Source: a virus (lineage: Duplodnaviria > Caudoviricetes). From it: a stretch of DNA of 30,816 bases. Position numbers and translations under genes: made by a program. Below, in pieces: positions 16,088 to 25,328 of the stretch. How positions within the stretch are numbered: the first letter of the stretch is position 1; every line of letters starts with the position of its first letter. The stretch covers positions 1-30,816 of the IMG/VR virus record IMGVR_UViG_3300044723_011169; one strand, given 5' to 3'. The notes beneath the pieces are model-generated. The model saw nothing but the letters and a program-made list of their open reading frames with translations. It made no database searches and had not been told where the DNA came from.

Positions 16088-16696
16088 TTATCCTCCAGTT
16101 ATGTCAATATGATATTTGTTGTCTTTTTCAGGTCTACCTTCTTCAACTAACGTAGGATCAATTAAAAAAGAATTAAAAGTACACCTCCGGGTAGAAGAGG
16201 CATAAGAATGCCAAGTATGAGGTTCTGATTTGTGTAGTAATAATCTATTAGGTTTAAACTTTACCTCTACATCATAGTCACTTTTAAAAGCAGGTTTTTG
16301 ATGATTGTCTATAAACGGACTTTTATTTTTAGCTAAAAATGTGCCAATATTATTGTCAGGTTTTAGGTAGAGTACTGCCGTATAAAGTCTACTCTTATTA
16401 TCGACATGAAGATTATAGTTAAAATTTGATGGATGAATTGACCAGTGATTAATCTTTTTTAAATTTGAATCTCTATCTGGAAATAGTTTATCAAAAACTT
16501 CATTAATCTCAGGAATTATATCTTTTTTCTCAAACCTGTAATAGTGATTGCTACGAGAGTAAAAACCAAATAAATCAAGATACTCCTCTTCAGTGTTAAG
16601 TAAGTTAATAACTTCTTCAAATCTCTCAGGGGAAAGAAAGTCATCAATCACATAGTGTGTCCAAGGATCAGTATACTTTTGTATCTTACTTTCCAA
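16088..16696 (-). CDS. 2OG-Fe(II) oxygenase-like protein
   Basis: PWTHYVIDDFL, HVD, PNR, WHSY, R. Confidence 0.75.
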   Translation of the reverse strand: MESKIQKYTDPWTHYVIDDFLSPERFEEVINLLNTEEEYLDLFGFYSRSNHYYRFEKKDIIPEINEVFDKLFPDRDSNLKKINHWSIHPSNFNYNLHVDNKSRLYTAVLYLKPDNNIGTFLAKNKSPFIDNHQKPAFKSDYDVEVKFKPNRLLLHKSEPHTWHSYASSTRRCTFNSFLIDPTLVEEGRPEKDNKYHIDITGG

Positions 16697-17255
16697 AATC
16701 CTCTACTCCGCCATTATACCTATCATAATCAAACTCAAGCTGTTCCTCTTTAGGTTGTTGCAGACGAGCTTCTTCTTCCCGCTCTTCCTCTTCGTATTCT
16801 GCCAATGACTCAGAAATACCATACATTTCATCTAACCACTCAGGTATTTCAGAACGAACATCTTCAGAATTCATCTCTGCATAGTCAAAATGCTCACCAC
16901 CATATTCACCGACAAAACACATTCCAGGCTCATAATAAGATGCTTGAATAGAAAAGTTGTGTTTTTCTTCCATCTGCTCATAAAACTCAATCGGAGGTCC
17001 CCAAGCGGTACTCATTTGAATGATTACAGAGTCTTCATCTCTGTACCAATCATATATTTGAGGTTCCCATTTTGTTCCCCAAGCTGTTGCCTGACCCCAT
17101 ACAGTTTGATCTTCTTCTGTTACTGGAACATAGTGACCAAAAAAAGCAGGATCTTCAGTTTCAGTATCTTCAAAATCATTAATTACTTTTTCAAGACTGT
17201 CTATTTGTTCTTTAGAACCACTAATAGTCAATGTATTATCGCACCAATTTGGCAT
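16686..17255 (-). CDS. DUF1281/YubB-like ferredoxin-fold protein
   Basis: MPNWCDN start (ATG 17255, GAGGAG RBS), WGTKW, TAWGPP, YYEPGMCFVG. Confidence 0.75.
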   Translation of the reverse strand: MPNWCDNTLTISGSKEQIDSLEKVINDFEDTETEDPAFFGHYVPVTEEDQTVWGQATAWGTKWEPQIYDWYRDEDSVIIQMSTAWGPPIEFYEQMEEKHNFSIQASYYEPGMCFVGEYGGEHFDYAEMNSEDVRSEIPEWLDEMYGISESLAEYEEEEREEEARLQQPKEEQLEFDYDRYNGGVEDFGK

Positions 17256-17287
17256 ATAAAAATCTCCTCTCAAAAATCATTATAAGA

Positions 17288-17316
17288 AATATATCAAAAA
17301 ATAAGGAAAAAAGCAA
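17288..17316 (-). promoter_or_regulatory. Phage early promoter
   Basis: TTGCTT-17-TATATT. Confidence 0.7.
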
Positions 17317-17324
17317 GTGAAATG

Positions 17325-17480
17325 TAGACGCAGGTCTGGGCTAGAACACTAATAAACTACGTTTATACTATAGCTCCCTACGGTCGCACTATGTCGAATA
17401 GTTTGTGCCGCGCTGTTCGCCAGCGTATCAATTCGTTCAAGCTATGCAACAATATTAGCATGCATATAACAAAAAAGCAA
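17325..17480 (-). other. Promoter plus hairpin element homologous in motif order to 1720-1949
   Basis: TTGCTT-17-TAATAT (17480-17452), CGCTG/CAGCG hairpin, GCGACCGTAGGGAGC, ATAAAC-GTA-GTTTAT. Confidence 0.65.
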
Positions 17481-17503
17481 TGCCTAAAAGTTAAGGCATT
17501 GCT
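17470..17503 (-). terminator. Intrinsic terminator overlapping the -35 of the next promoter
   Basis: AGCAATGCCT/AGGCATTGCT stem followed by a T run on the - strand. Confidence 0.75.
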
Positions 17504-17560
17504 CTACAAAAGTGCTCTTTTGTGTGTTATATGCGTAATTGCTCTATTGCAAATCGTCCA

Positions 17561-18523
17561 CTAGTGAAGTCCATTAGGCACTATAACGTAGTGAATTGAT
17601 AACACGACAGCCACAGAAGCTCCTAACCCAATCATCATTTTGATAAAGTCTTTTGTTACTAGTGGAAACACAGTTCTCCACTTTTGTTTACCAGTAATTG
17701 TTGCCATAGCAAGTTCTCGACCACACAGTAGCCCAACAAAGACCCAAGTAGTGCTCATTGGTATATCATTGAGTTCTTTGAAAAACCAAAGGATTAGCCA
17801 ATACACTGCATCGATTATTGTAGCTGAACGCACATAACGTGTGTTATGCTTTTCAATCACAATATTTTGTATTTTACCACCGCCTTCTCGAAACATAAAA
17901 GCCATGCCTCCAATAAACAGTATGCTGATTACAATCATTAAGTCCACTGGTATCTGTCGTGGGAGAAATACTGCAATGTTTGCCATATCATGCGATAACC
18001 AAGTGAACCATAATAAACCTGTGGTTACCCATTGTCCAACTCTCCACCATCGTTTGTGTTCTTCTTTTACTGGATTTGCTTCATTCAGTATTTTACTTAC
18101 CACTATCCAAATTGCATAAGCTGCAACTGCTGCAACAGCATAGCCCATCATAGATTTGATCAGCATTTTTTCTAACACAAAGGTTGATGCAAAGGCACTT
18201 AAAACTAAAAAAGACGTACTCACTGGTACGCCTATTCGGGTTAAAATTAGTAGAATAGCTGGTGCCATAGCATGATACCATTTAATCTCTTGAAATGGTA
18301 TTTTATTTAATCTGCCGTATGAGATGTCTCCACCATGAGTATACCAGCCATACCACAAAGTATAAAGGAGAACTACTGAAGCAGCTCCCCACATTATTTT
18401 CCAACTAAATCTCTCATTATTTGATGCGATCCATGTACCGAGAGTTTGTACAGAATCGTTTGCGATAACAGCATAACCAGCAAATAGAAAGCCGATAGCC
18501 ATCCACAGTGTGAGTGCTTCCAT
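17561..18523 (-). CDS. PiT/PHO4-like membrane permease (putative phosphate/sulfate transporter)
   Basis: Polytopic protein with duplicated signatures ANDSVQTLGT/SHDMANIAV and PVSTS/PMSTT. Confidence 0.65.
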   Translation of the reverse strand: MEALTLWMAIGFLFAGYAVIANDSVQTLGTWIASNNERFSWKIMWGAASVVLLYTLWYGWYTHGGDISYGRLNKIPFQEIKWYHAMAPAILLILTRIGVPVSTSFLVLSAFASTFVLEKMLIKSMMGYAVAAVAAYAIWIVVSKILNEANPVKEEHKRWWRVGQWVTTGLLWFTWLSHDMANIAVFLPRQIPVDLMIVISILFIGGMAFMFREGGGKIQNIVIEKHNTRYVRSATIIDAVYWLILWFFKELNDIPMSTTWVFVGLLCGRELAMATITGKQKWRTVFPLVTKDFIKMMIGLGASVAVVLSIHYVIVPNGLH

Positions 18524-18630
18524 TTTTTATCTCCTCGCTTGACGGCTTTACCCCGTCGCTCACGTGGGTGACTAGGAATATCCTAGTACATGCTTATGAT
18601 AGCACAAAATAAAAAGTTGTCTACCCTGTA

Positions 18631-18975
18631 TTAAAACGTCTTATTTTTTAATTTTTTGGAGTCATTACTGTCAAGTAAATCAAATCTTAAATTATCACCG
18701 TAAGCTAGCACACACGCTTCGCTACCGTCAGTTTCTAATATTGACCATGATCCTGTTTCTTGATTAGTCCAAAGACCAACCTGTACTGTAAATTCTTTAA
18801 GATCAGTATCATAAGAAATACCTAGACCATTTAGCAGGTACTCTTCTCCCTGTTGTTGAAGTATTACACCAATTTCTTCTATTGATCCACATTGTACAGG
18901 TTTTGTTCTCCATTCACCTGCGTGAGCGCTGTATGATAACAATGCTGCAGCAGTGATTGATGCTATTAGTTTCAT
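18631..18975 (-). CDS. Exported hypothetical protein
   Basis: Signal peptide, KPVQC...C motif. Confidence 0.75.
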   Translation of the reverse strand: MKLIASITAAALLSYSAHAGEWRTKPVQCGSIEEIGVILQQQGEEYLLNGLGISYDTDLKEFTVQVGLWTNQETGSWSILETDGSEACVLAYGDNLRFDLLDSNDSKKLKNKTF

Positions 18976-19406
18976 AAGTCTTCCTCTATTTGCTCTAACA
19001 CTTCAACTTTTATACCAGAGTGAATCCATACCTCATCAATCTCTGGGTAGTATTCTTGTGTCTCTAGCCATAGCTCTGCATCTTCCATTTCTTCAAGTTC
19101 TTCCTTGATATCCTGGTTTGTTTCTTTGCTTGAGTTAAGTGCAAACGTAGACCAGTCACACCATACACTATCCCAAGTGCTTTCAAGCTCCCAGCGTTCA
19201 TAGGCAGTTATCTCTAACGAATCATTATCTTGCCACTCTTGAAGTTCTTTTAACTCTTCTTCAGTAATGGTTAAATTATAAGAACCCCAACGCCAGCCAA
19301 TATTTCGCTCATAAACACGAGGATTTTCAGTGGAAGTCCAACGTTCTATCTCTTCAATACTCTTTTTCCATTTAGGCTCTACTGAAACTCTATAGATCAT
19401 TATCAA
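18972..19406 (-). CDS. Hypothetical Trp/Glu-rich protein
   Basis: 144 aa ORF, AGGAG RBS. Confidence 0.7.
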   Translation of the reverse strand: MIMIYRVSVEPKWKKSIEEIERWTSTENPRVYERNIGWRWGSYNLTITEEELKELQEWQDNDSLEITAYERWELESTWDSVWCDWSTFALNSSKETNQDIKEELEEMEDAELWLETQEYYPEIDEVWIHSGIKVEVLEQIEEDL

Positions 19407-21030
19407 ACACTCCTTTGCTTCTATCTTCTGGTAAAATGTTGAGATTCTTCCAAAGTGCTATTTCTCCTGTATTAAGTATAGAACCTACATAGTCAGAGTC
19501 ACATTGCTGTCTAACATGAATGTCAGCATACCCATTATCAATATAGAAGTGATCTTTTAAATCATCAATCTTGTGTATATCTCGATCAACCTGTTCATAT
19601 TCATATTCTGTTGTACCATCACTACTCCAAGTCTCAAACAGAGGAGGAACAATTTGCTTTCGTCTAAGCTCACCTTTTTCGTTTAGTTCCGAAAGAGTTT
19701 TACCTTGTGGATGCTGATTTACAAAGTCAGATATAAACTTTTCTACTGAGCGATTACCCCATTTAGTAGTACCAAAATAGTTACCATCTTTGCCTCTAGG
19801 AGGAGGAGTTCCCTCTACACGTTTTTGTAGCATTGTTACAAACTCTGGCATTGAGTAGTATTTTTCATCATAAGGAATAATCTTATGCGGTTTTTCAACA
19901 GCCCAGTCATCAATAATACGCTGTCTCCAACCACCGTTTTTCGGGCCAAACACCTTTAAATTTTTTGGTGATTCAAGTTGCTCTTTAATCCACTCATGCC
20001 TCATTTTAGGGGCTAGCGCAAGTATGTTTTTATCTGATATTCGTTCTTCTAGATCAAGTCCCTCTTGTATCATTTCACGCTGTTCTGCAGTACAAACTAT
20101 TCGAAGTGGATAATCTTTGTACCCAAAGAGTCTTCCAACTGCTTGTAAAAGTGTTGCTTGATTAGCTGAGGGTTTATCGATAAGTAGTGTTTGAATTCTA
20201 GGAAAGGTTTGCCCACGAGCAAACATAGCTCCTCCAATGACAACATTTTTATCATGTTGTAAATCTTCAAAGTTAAAGTCCTCATCAGAGTTAACAATAT
20301 GACAACTATTGTTATAACATAATGCATCAGCTATTAATCCATGTGTCTCTTTTCTAGTATCAACATTAATCATCACATTATGTTCAGTTTCATTTACAAT
20401 GTCTTGAATAAATCCTCTATCGCGACCAGCACGTAAAGCATTTATCTCTCTGTCACCGATTGTTTCCCAGTCTATCTTCATATTATACCCTTCACCAGGA
20501 GTGATAGGAGTAATATCATCTGAGTTAAAAGATAGATCAGAAATAGCAGCTGCTAAATTGGTTGCTGAAAGTAGTATCATTTCATCTAATACATCTTCAA
20601 TAGCATAAGATCTTAAGGCATAGTCACGTTTAACAGGTTGCCAGTTGCGTGTAAATTCTATTTGGTTCATATCATACTCATCAACTATCATAGACTTCTT
20701 ACCGTGATAGTGTAAAATAGCAGAGCCTATTGTTCGATGAAAGCTGATATTATTTAGACCAACAATACCAAAGTTATTTGGGGTAGTACCGTTTCTTAAA
20801 AGTATGTTAAGAAATTTCTTAAACTCAGTGCTATTATCTCTAGGATTAACTAAGTTAGCCTCAATATTAGCAAGTTTAAACTTAGAAACTAAATCTGAAT
20901 ATACATTGTTTGTAGGATGAGTTGCAAAAATAGGAAGGCAATCTTCTTCCTGTAATAAATCTTTAAAAATTTTAATAGCAGTAGTAGTTTTACCACTTTG
21001 TAGTTTTCCAATTAGTAGTTTATATTTCAT
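19390..21030 (-). CDS. SF2 helicase-like ATPase of Z1-domain type
   Basis: GKLQSGKT Walker A, VDEYD, SAT, PGEGY, GGAMFARGQTF, TLLQAVGRLFGYK. Confidence 0.7.
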   Translation of the reverse strand: MKYKLLIGKLQSGKTTTAIKIFKDLLQEEDCLPIFATHPTNNVYSDLVSKFKLANIEANLVNPRDNSTEFKKFLNILLRNGTTPNNFGIVGLNNISFHRTIGSAILHYHGKKSMIVDEYDMNQIEFTRNWQPVKRDYALRSYAIEDVLDEMILLSATNLAAAISDLSFNSDDITPITPGEGYNMKIDWETIGDREINALRAGRDRGFIQDIVNETEHNVMINVDTRKETHGLIADALCYNNSCHIVNSDEDFNFEDLQHDKNVVIGGAMFARGQTFPRIQTLLIDKPSANQATLLQAVGRLFGYKDYPLRIVCTAEQREMIQEGLDLEERISDKNILALAPKMRHEWIKEQLESPKNLKVFGPKNGGWRQRIIDDWAVEKPHKIIPYDEKYYSMPEFVTMLQKRVEGTPPPRGKDGNYFGTTKWGNRSVEKFISDFVNQHPQGKTLSELNEKGELRRKQIVPPLFETWSSDGTTEYEYEQVDRDIHKIDDLKDHFYIDNGYADIHVRQQCDSDYVGSILNTGEIALWKNLNILPEDRSKGVFDNDL

Positions 21031-21060
21031 TATTTTTTCCTCTATTTTGAGTTTGACAGA

Positions 21061-21747
21061 TTATCTTATCTGTCTTTCGTTTAGTAGTAGTATAAAAGCT
21101 CTTACTGAGTTTATTAAAGGTTGTAGATCTAAAAATGAACAAAGTTTTAAATACTCAGTTAAAAATGTACTATAATCAGTGCTAAAAAGATTATCTGAAT
21201 CAACAGTATAGTGACATCTTTTCTCATATTCATTAATATGATTTATGCAATCTTTTATAAAATCTTCATTATGAGATTTTGTTTTGATATTAATATTATC
21301 TAACCTAGCAGCATTTACAGTAGGATCTTTTTTTACATAAATGCGAGTTGTGCTCTTATTTAAAACTAATGCATCAGTTCTGGATTTTTCTTTTCTTATC
21401 GCTAATCTATGACCTTTAAAAGGAAAATATTCTTTTTGTGATTGTTTAAAAAGGCGCAAATAAGGAGCAAGATATTCATAAGAAGCAAAGTCACTATTAG
21501 TTCTTTGAGCGTGTACACTATAAAAGCTAGTTTTAAAATCACCACCAAAAGTTATCTTGTAATTTTCTGCGTTAAAATTATCAACACAATTTGGGAAATC
21601 AAGTGGGTCAGTGTATTCTGCATCTAAATGATTGCGCCAATCTTTATGCCAAAAAATGTTATGATGAGAACAAATTATTCTAAAAACAGCATGACCCATA
21701 GATCCTTTATAAAAATTGATGTATAGTAGTTTTTTAGAACCATCCAA
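21061..21747 (-). CDS. Hypothetical AT-rich protein, possibly related to 4212-4985
   Basis: N-terminal INFYKGSMGHAV resembles VTFRPGTGGKFL. Confidence 0.6.
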   Translation of the reverse strand: MDGSKKLLYINFYKGSMGHAVFRIICSHHNIFWHKDWRNHLDAEYTDPLDFPNCVDNFNAENYKITFGGDFKTSFYSVHAQRTNSDFASYEYLAPYLRLFKQSQKEYFPFKGHRLAIRKEKSRTDALVLNKSTTRIYVKKDPTVNAARLDNINIKTKSHNEDFIKDCINHINEYEKRCHYTVDSDNLFSTDYSTFLTEYLKLCSFLDLQPLINSVRAFILLLNERQIR

Positions 21748-21898
21748 GTTTTACACCGTTATGAACAATAATAAAAAAGCAAGCAACCATATGAGTTATA
21801 ACCCATATGGTGCGGAAAATTGCAGCAAGATCACTTTCACGGTTATCTCCAATTTTTGATCCAATAGTTTTAGCCCATATTCGCCAAACCCTATTCAT
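21734..21898 (-). CDS. Small membrane protein (54 aa, not in the ORF track)
   Basis: MNRVWRIWAKTIGSKIGDNRESDLAAIFRTIWVITHMVACFFIIVHNGVKLGWF*; AGGAG upstream. Confidence 0.7.
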   Translation of the reverse strand: MNRVWRIWAKTIGSKIGDNRESDLAAIFRTIWVITHMVACFFIIVHNGVKLGWF

Positions 21899-22436
21899 CA
21901 GATATAGACTCTCCTGTTAGGTCTTTGTATATTGTTTCTGGGGATGTTTCGCTATACGGGTCATCATCATCGCCAAGCTGATTCTTGCCTGGCTCTTCAT
22001 ACCAATCAGTAATCATTGTATCCTCAGCTACAAATGCGTAGCGCCAAGAGCGATAACCAAATCCTAAATGCTTTTTATTAACAAGCATATCAAGTGCCTC
22101 AGTAAGCTCTCCATTACCGTCAGGTATCACTTTAACACGCTCAATACATTGATCTTTTGCCCATTTGTTCATAACAAAAGCATCATTAACAGACACACAG
22201 TATATTTCATCTATACCTGCAGACTTAAATCGATTGTAGTTATCTTCAAATCCTGGCAGTTGATATGTTGAACAAGTTGGGGTAAACGCTCCTGGGAGTG
22301 AAAATACAAGCACTCGCTTGTCCCCAAATAATTGGTCAGTTGATGCAACTTCCCATCTAAATGGGTTCGGTCCGTCAATACTATCATCGCGAACACGAGT
22401 CATAAATTCAATGTAAGGTATGTTTTTCCCTATCAT
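21891..22436 (-). CDS. Peroxiredoxin (Prx5/Ahp1 type)
   Basis: LPGAFTPTCS, SVNDAFVM, DGNGE, RSWRY. Confidence 0.92.
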   Translation of the reverse strand: MIGKNIPYIEFMTRVRDDSIDGPNPFRWEVASTDQLFGDKRVLVFSLPGAFTPTCSTYQLPGFEDNYNRFKSAGIDEIYCVSVNDAFVMNKWAKDQCIERVKVIPDGNGELTEALDMLVNKKHLGFGYRSWRYAFVAEDTMITDWYEEPGKNQLGDDDDPYSETSPETIYKDLTGESISDE

Positions 22437-23113
22437 ATAAGATTCTCTCTTTCAATTAATTTTACAAAGTATTTTGCAATTATTTTTTGGCCTTCAGCAC
22501 TCAAGTTATTTGGAAGATTGTTGTGCTGTCTATTTTGTTCATAGAGTGTTGATATTTCATCAGAATTAATTCCTCCACTTAGCGTAACCCAAGGAGGTAA
22601 ATTTTCATTTTTAATTATAAAAACTGTTGGTATTTTAAATGCTGAAACATATTGATTTATTTGAATAAGTGCTCCAGCATGTCTTATCATTTGTAGATCA
22701 GGAGAGTAAAGGTGTTTTTTAAACAAACTCCAAGTATTGTAAAACTCATCCTCAGATCCAAATTGTTTTTTTACAGAGTCTCTTCCGTCTTTTTTCTTTT
22801 TAGTGCCTACATAGTTGTACCATTCTCTAGCAGTTTCTGCATTTGCAGATAGTCTTCCAATAGGAAAGTCACGATCACAATAAACCATTGGTGTAAATTT
22901 AAAACAGTTTCTAAGACTAATTACTGCAAGATCGAGTTTTTCTTTAGTAGATTTTAATTTTAATAGTGCACGCTCTGAAGATCCTTCAAGCACTGCATGA
23001 TTTATTTGTTCAGCATTAAAGTACTCACAGACCATATCATTCCAAGAAGAAACACCATTAATTTTGTAGTCTGTCCAAGCAACTTCACTTGCACCATAAA
23101 AACCTATTTTCAT
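22433..23113 (-). CDS. Hypothetical protein, SGNH-like N-terminus
   Basis: IGFYGAS...W...NHAVLEGS; C-terminal NNLSAEGQK lacks the catalytic His. Confidence 0.6.
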   Translation of the reverse strand: MKIGFYGASEVAWTDYKINGVSSWNDMVCEYFNAEQINHAVLEGSSERALLKLKSTKEKLDLAVISLRNCFKFTPMVYCDRDFPIGRLSANAETAREWYNYVGTKKKKDGRDSVKKQFGSEDEFYNTWSLFKKHLYSPDLQMIRHAGALIQINQYVSAFKIPTVFIIKNENLPPWVTLSGGINSDEISTLYEQNRQHNNLPNNLSAEGQKIIAKYFVKLIERENLI

Positions 23114-23124
23114 TAAAATCCTTT

Positions 23125-23193
23125 TGGAGGAGCCGGGGGATTTGAACCTCCATCTCCGAGTAAACGGCGCATTCCCAAAATGCTACTAGCCCC
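23125..23193 (-). tRNA. Degenerate tRNA-like gene (69 nt, no valid anticodon arm)
   Basis: GGGGCU/GGCUCC acceptor, GCAUU/AAUGC D arm, GGUUCAAAUCC T arm, encoded CCA; anticodon arm only CCG-UUUACU-CGG. Confidence 0.55.
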
Positions 23194-23209
23194 ACTGAAA
23201 AGGTTGAAA

Positions 23210-23283
23210 TGGCAGGAGTGTAAGGAATTGAACCCTATCCTGCTGGGTTGGAGCCAGCCGTGCTTCCGTAACACTTCACTCTT
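23210..23283 (-). tRNA. tRNA-Trp(CCA)
   Basis: GCUGG-CUCCAAC-CCAGC anticodon arm, GUGU/GCAC D stem, GGUUCAAUUCC, G73-CCA; one A-C mismatch in the acceptor stem. Confidence 0.9.
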
Positions 23284-23665
23284 ATTTATTAAATCGTAAA
23301 GTATATTGTCTACCATCATGTAAAAAAGTTACAGTAGAGTGTGAATATACATTTTCATATTCTTCATTATATCTAGTTTCAGTGCGACAACGAGTGCCTT
23401 TGTTACGCTCTGAATTTAGAATGCCTCCGATAATTGCTCCGATAGCTCCGCCACCTTCTTCACCTGGAACATTATTTCCTATAGCTCCTCCAACGATCGC
23501 GCCCTCAAGTAAATTTTCAATATCTGATTTACCATTACCTTCAGAGCAGATCTCAACAACATAAGGTGACTTGACTATGACACTTTTATAGTGGTCTTGT
23601 ACAGTCTCTGCATATACAGACGAACAAGAAGTAGTTAGTAAAAAAGCTAGTAGTAATTTTTTCAT
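23282..23665 (-). CDS. Glycine-zipper exported protein
   Basis: Signal peptide; GAIVGGAIG...GAIGAIIGG. Confidence 0.8.
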   Translation of the reverse strand: MKKLLLAFLLTTSCSSVYAETVQDHYKSVIVKSPYVVEICSEGNGKSDIENLLEGAIVGGAIGNNVPGEEGGGAIGAIIGGILNSERNKGTRCRTETRYNEEYENVYSHSTVTFLHDGRQYTLRFNK

Positions 23666-23676
23666 TACATCTCCTA

Positions 23677-23763
23677 CTAAGAAACTTGTAATGCAACGTA
23701 AATAAGCATTCCTAGTATACTAAAATTTATTATCATATTTATATAGTGTGGGTTTGGATTCAT
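23677..23763 (-). CDS. Small single-TM peptide (28 aa)
   Basis: MNPNPHYINMIINFSILGMLIYVALQVS*; GAGGT RBS. Confidence 0.55.
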   Translation of the reverse strand: MNPNPHYINMIINFSILGMLIYVALQVS

Positions 23764-23771
23764 TTTTGACC

Positions 23772-23969
23772 TCATTTTGATAACTTGTAACAAACTAATG
23801 ATTTACCGTTCCCAGGTTCTATAACAAGAGATGGCAGAGAAGCATTTACTTCTCTACACTCTGGTAAGTTTTTCCAAACATATCCCTCAGCAAGCTGTTG
23901 CTTTTCAGCTTCAAAGAAATCAGCATTTGAATTAAAAAATAACATTCCGACTATGATTATTAGTTCCAT
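23772..23969 (-). CDS. Hypothetical protein
   Basis: 65 aa with a hydrophobic N-terminus. Confidence 0.65.
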   Translation of the reverse strand: MELIIIVGMLFFNSNADFFEAEKQQLAEGYVWKNLPECREVNASLPSLVIEPGNGKSLVCYKLSK

Positions 23970-23971
23970 GC

Positions 23972-24178
23972 TTAGTATCCTTCAAAATAACTGTCTAAGA
24001 TATCAATTTGATCTTCATATTTAGCAATTTGCTCAAGTTCTATTTCAATAGCTTCGATGATATCAGAATGCTCACCAATACCAACAGGATGAGCTAAGTA
24101 GACTTCTATGTTAGCTCGATGCTTTTCAATATGTCCTTGTGCGTGTGTGCGCACAGCGTCTAACAATAGTTTTCTCAT
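23972..24178 (-). CDS. Hypothetical phage protein
   Basis: 68 aa, PVGIGEHSDI motif. Confidence 0.75.
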   Translation of the reverse strand: MRKLLLDAVRTHAQGHIEKHRANIEVYLAHPVGIGEHSDIIEAIEIELEQIAKYEDQIDILDSYFEGY

Positions 24179-24381
24179 TAATCTTCCTCTACTTCAGTGA
24201 CATAACCTAAACCTCTTAAGAAAGCATTAAAATGAAATTGAATGTCGCTTGTCAGTACATCATCTAAGCCTGAACCTTCTTCAGTTTGAAATTCGTAATT
24301 AATTGATGGTAGAGTCTCTTTTACCATAGATTTGTTTTGATTATAATCAGCATCATAGCTGAAGCGAAAAGTGCCAGACAT
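24178..24381 (-). CDS. Hypothetical protein
   Basis: 67 aa, GGAG RBS, downstream of promoter 24414-24442. Confidence 0.7.
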   Translation of the reverse strand: MSGTFRFSYDADYNQNKSMVKETLPSINYEFQTEEGSGLDDVLTSDIQFHFNAFLRGLGYVTEVEED

Positions 24382-24413
24382 TGTTTTTCTCCATTTTTAA
24401 AGTTTATAAAAAG

Positions 24414-24442
24414 ATATTACAAGATAAATAAGCATAAAGCAA
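24414..24442 (-). promoter_or_regulatory. Phage early promoter
   Basis: TTGCTT-17-TAATAT. Confidence 0.7.
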
Positions 24443-24466
24443 GAAAGGAGCTACTCTCGTAGCTCC
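24441..24466 (-). terminator. Intrinsic terminator
   Basis: GGAGCTAC/GTAGCTCC stem followed by TTTCTT. Confidence 0.65.
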
Positions 24467-24587
24467 CTTTGCACAAAGGTTTATTAAAGTGTTCGCCAGT
24501 TAGACATACCAAATAAGGTTGACTGACGATTCAATACTTGATTAACAGCAGTATCATTTGAATAAAAGTTGTAAAAAAATTTTAACA

Positions 24588-24803
24588 TTATTTTACACCA
24601 TATGACTTTCTACTTGCGTCATTCATTTCTGATAGGATACGGTGGTATTCTTTACCTTTGTATTCTGCATCAGAAAGTAATTTTGCTGCATAATGATTAG
24701 CCTGCATTTGACGTGCTAACAAAAATGCGTTTTCAATTTTTTGTAGTAAGGCATAGATTGATTCAAATAAACTAGCTGAATAGTTACGTACTAGTGTTGT
24801 CAT
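24588..24803 (-). CDS. Hypothetical protein downstream of hsp20
   Basis: 71 aa, GGGAG RBS. Confidence 0.7.
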   Translation of the reverse strand: MTTLVRNYSASLFESIYALLQKIENAFLLARQMQANHYAAKLLSDAEYKGKEYHRILSEMNDASRKSYGVK

Positions 24804-24850
24804 TGTGTTTCTCCCAAAGTTAAAATTTAACGATGAGACGCTATCTTCTT

Positions 24851-25267
24851 TTACCTTTTGATCGTTATTTTCTTAGGTAATTCGTCCTGTGGAATAATAA
24901 CCTCTAAATCGATAATTAAAATTCCGTCACGAAGATCAGCTCCAACGACTTCTGTATATTCACTTAATCTAAAGCTTCGAGTAAACTTACGAGTAGACAG
25001 ACCTCTATGAATATAGTGTTCTTGTGGTCTGCGTTGCGCACGCTCACCTTTGATAGTTAAGACATGATCTTTAACTTCAATGTCAATATCTTCACGAGTA
25101 AAGCCGGCTACTGCAAGTTCTACAGTATACTTCATTTCGTCAGTTTTTACAACATTATGGGGTGGGTATGCATCGTTTGCTTTTTCACGAATGCGGGTTA
25201 GTTCTTCGGCTATGTGGTCAAAGCCTAAAAAGACACTATTAGGGTATGCGAATGATCCAGTCATCAT
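24851..25267 (-). CDS. Small heat-shock protein, Hsp20/IbpA family
   Basis: GFD, YPPHNVVK, ELAVAGF, YIHRGLSTRKFTRSFRL, DGIL. Confidence 0.93.
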   Translation of the reverse strand: MMTGSFAYPNSVFLGFDHIAEELTRIREKANDAYPPHNVVKTDEMKYTVELAVAGFTREDIDIEVKDHVLTIKGERAQRRPQEHYIHRGLSTRKFTRSFRLSEYTEVVGADLRDGILIIDLEVIIPQDELPKKITIKR

Positions 25268-25323
25268 TATTCTCCTTTTTTATAAGCAAGAAAGTTAAAG
25301 TAGACCTCAACTGAGCATCTACT
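25265..25323 (-). promoter_or_regulatory. ROSE-like RNA thermometer in the hsp20 leader
   Basis: 5' hairpin AGUAGA/UCUACU, then UUCUUGCUU pairing with AAGGAGAA (SD) with a bulged G. Confidence 0.7.
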
Positions 25324-25328
25324 CTAAT

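Noticed and set aside
23125-23193. Ochre suppressor tRNA / recoded genetic code
   Set aside because: UUA cannot be placed in a proper 7-nt anticodon loop; TAA, TAG and TGA all end intact, recognisable genes
23113-23319. 68-aa ORF
   Set aside because: Entirely overlaps the two tRNA genes
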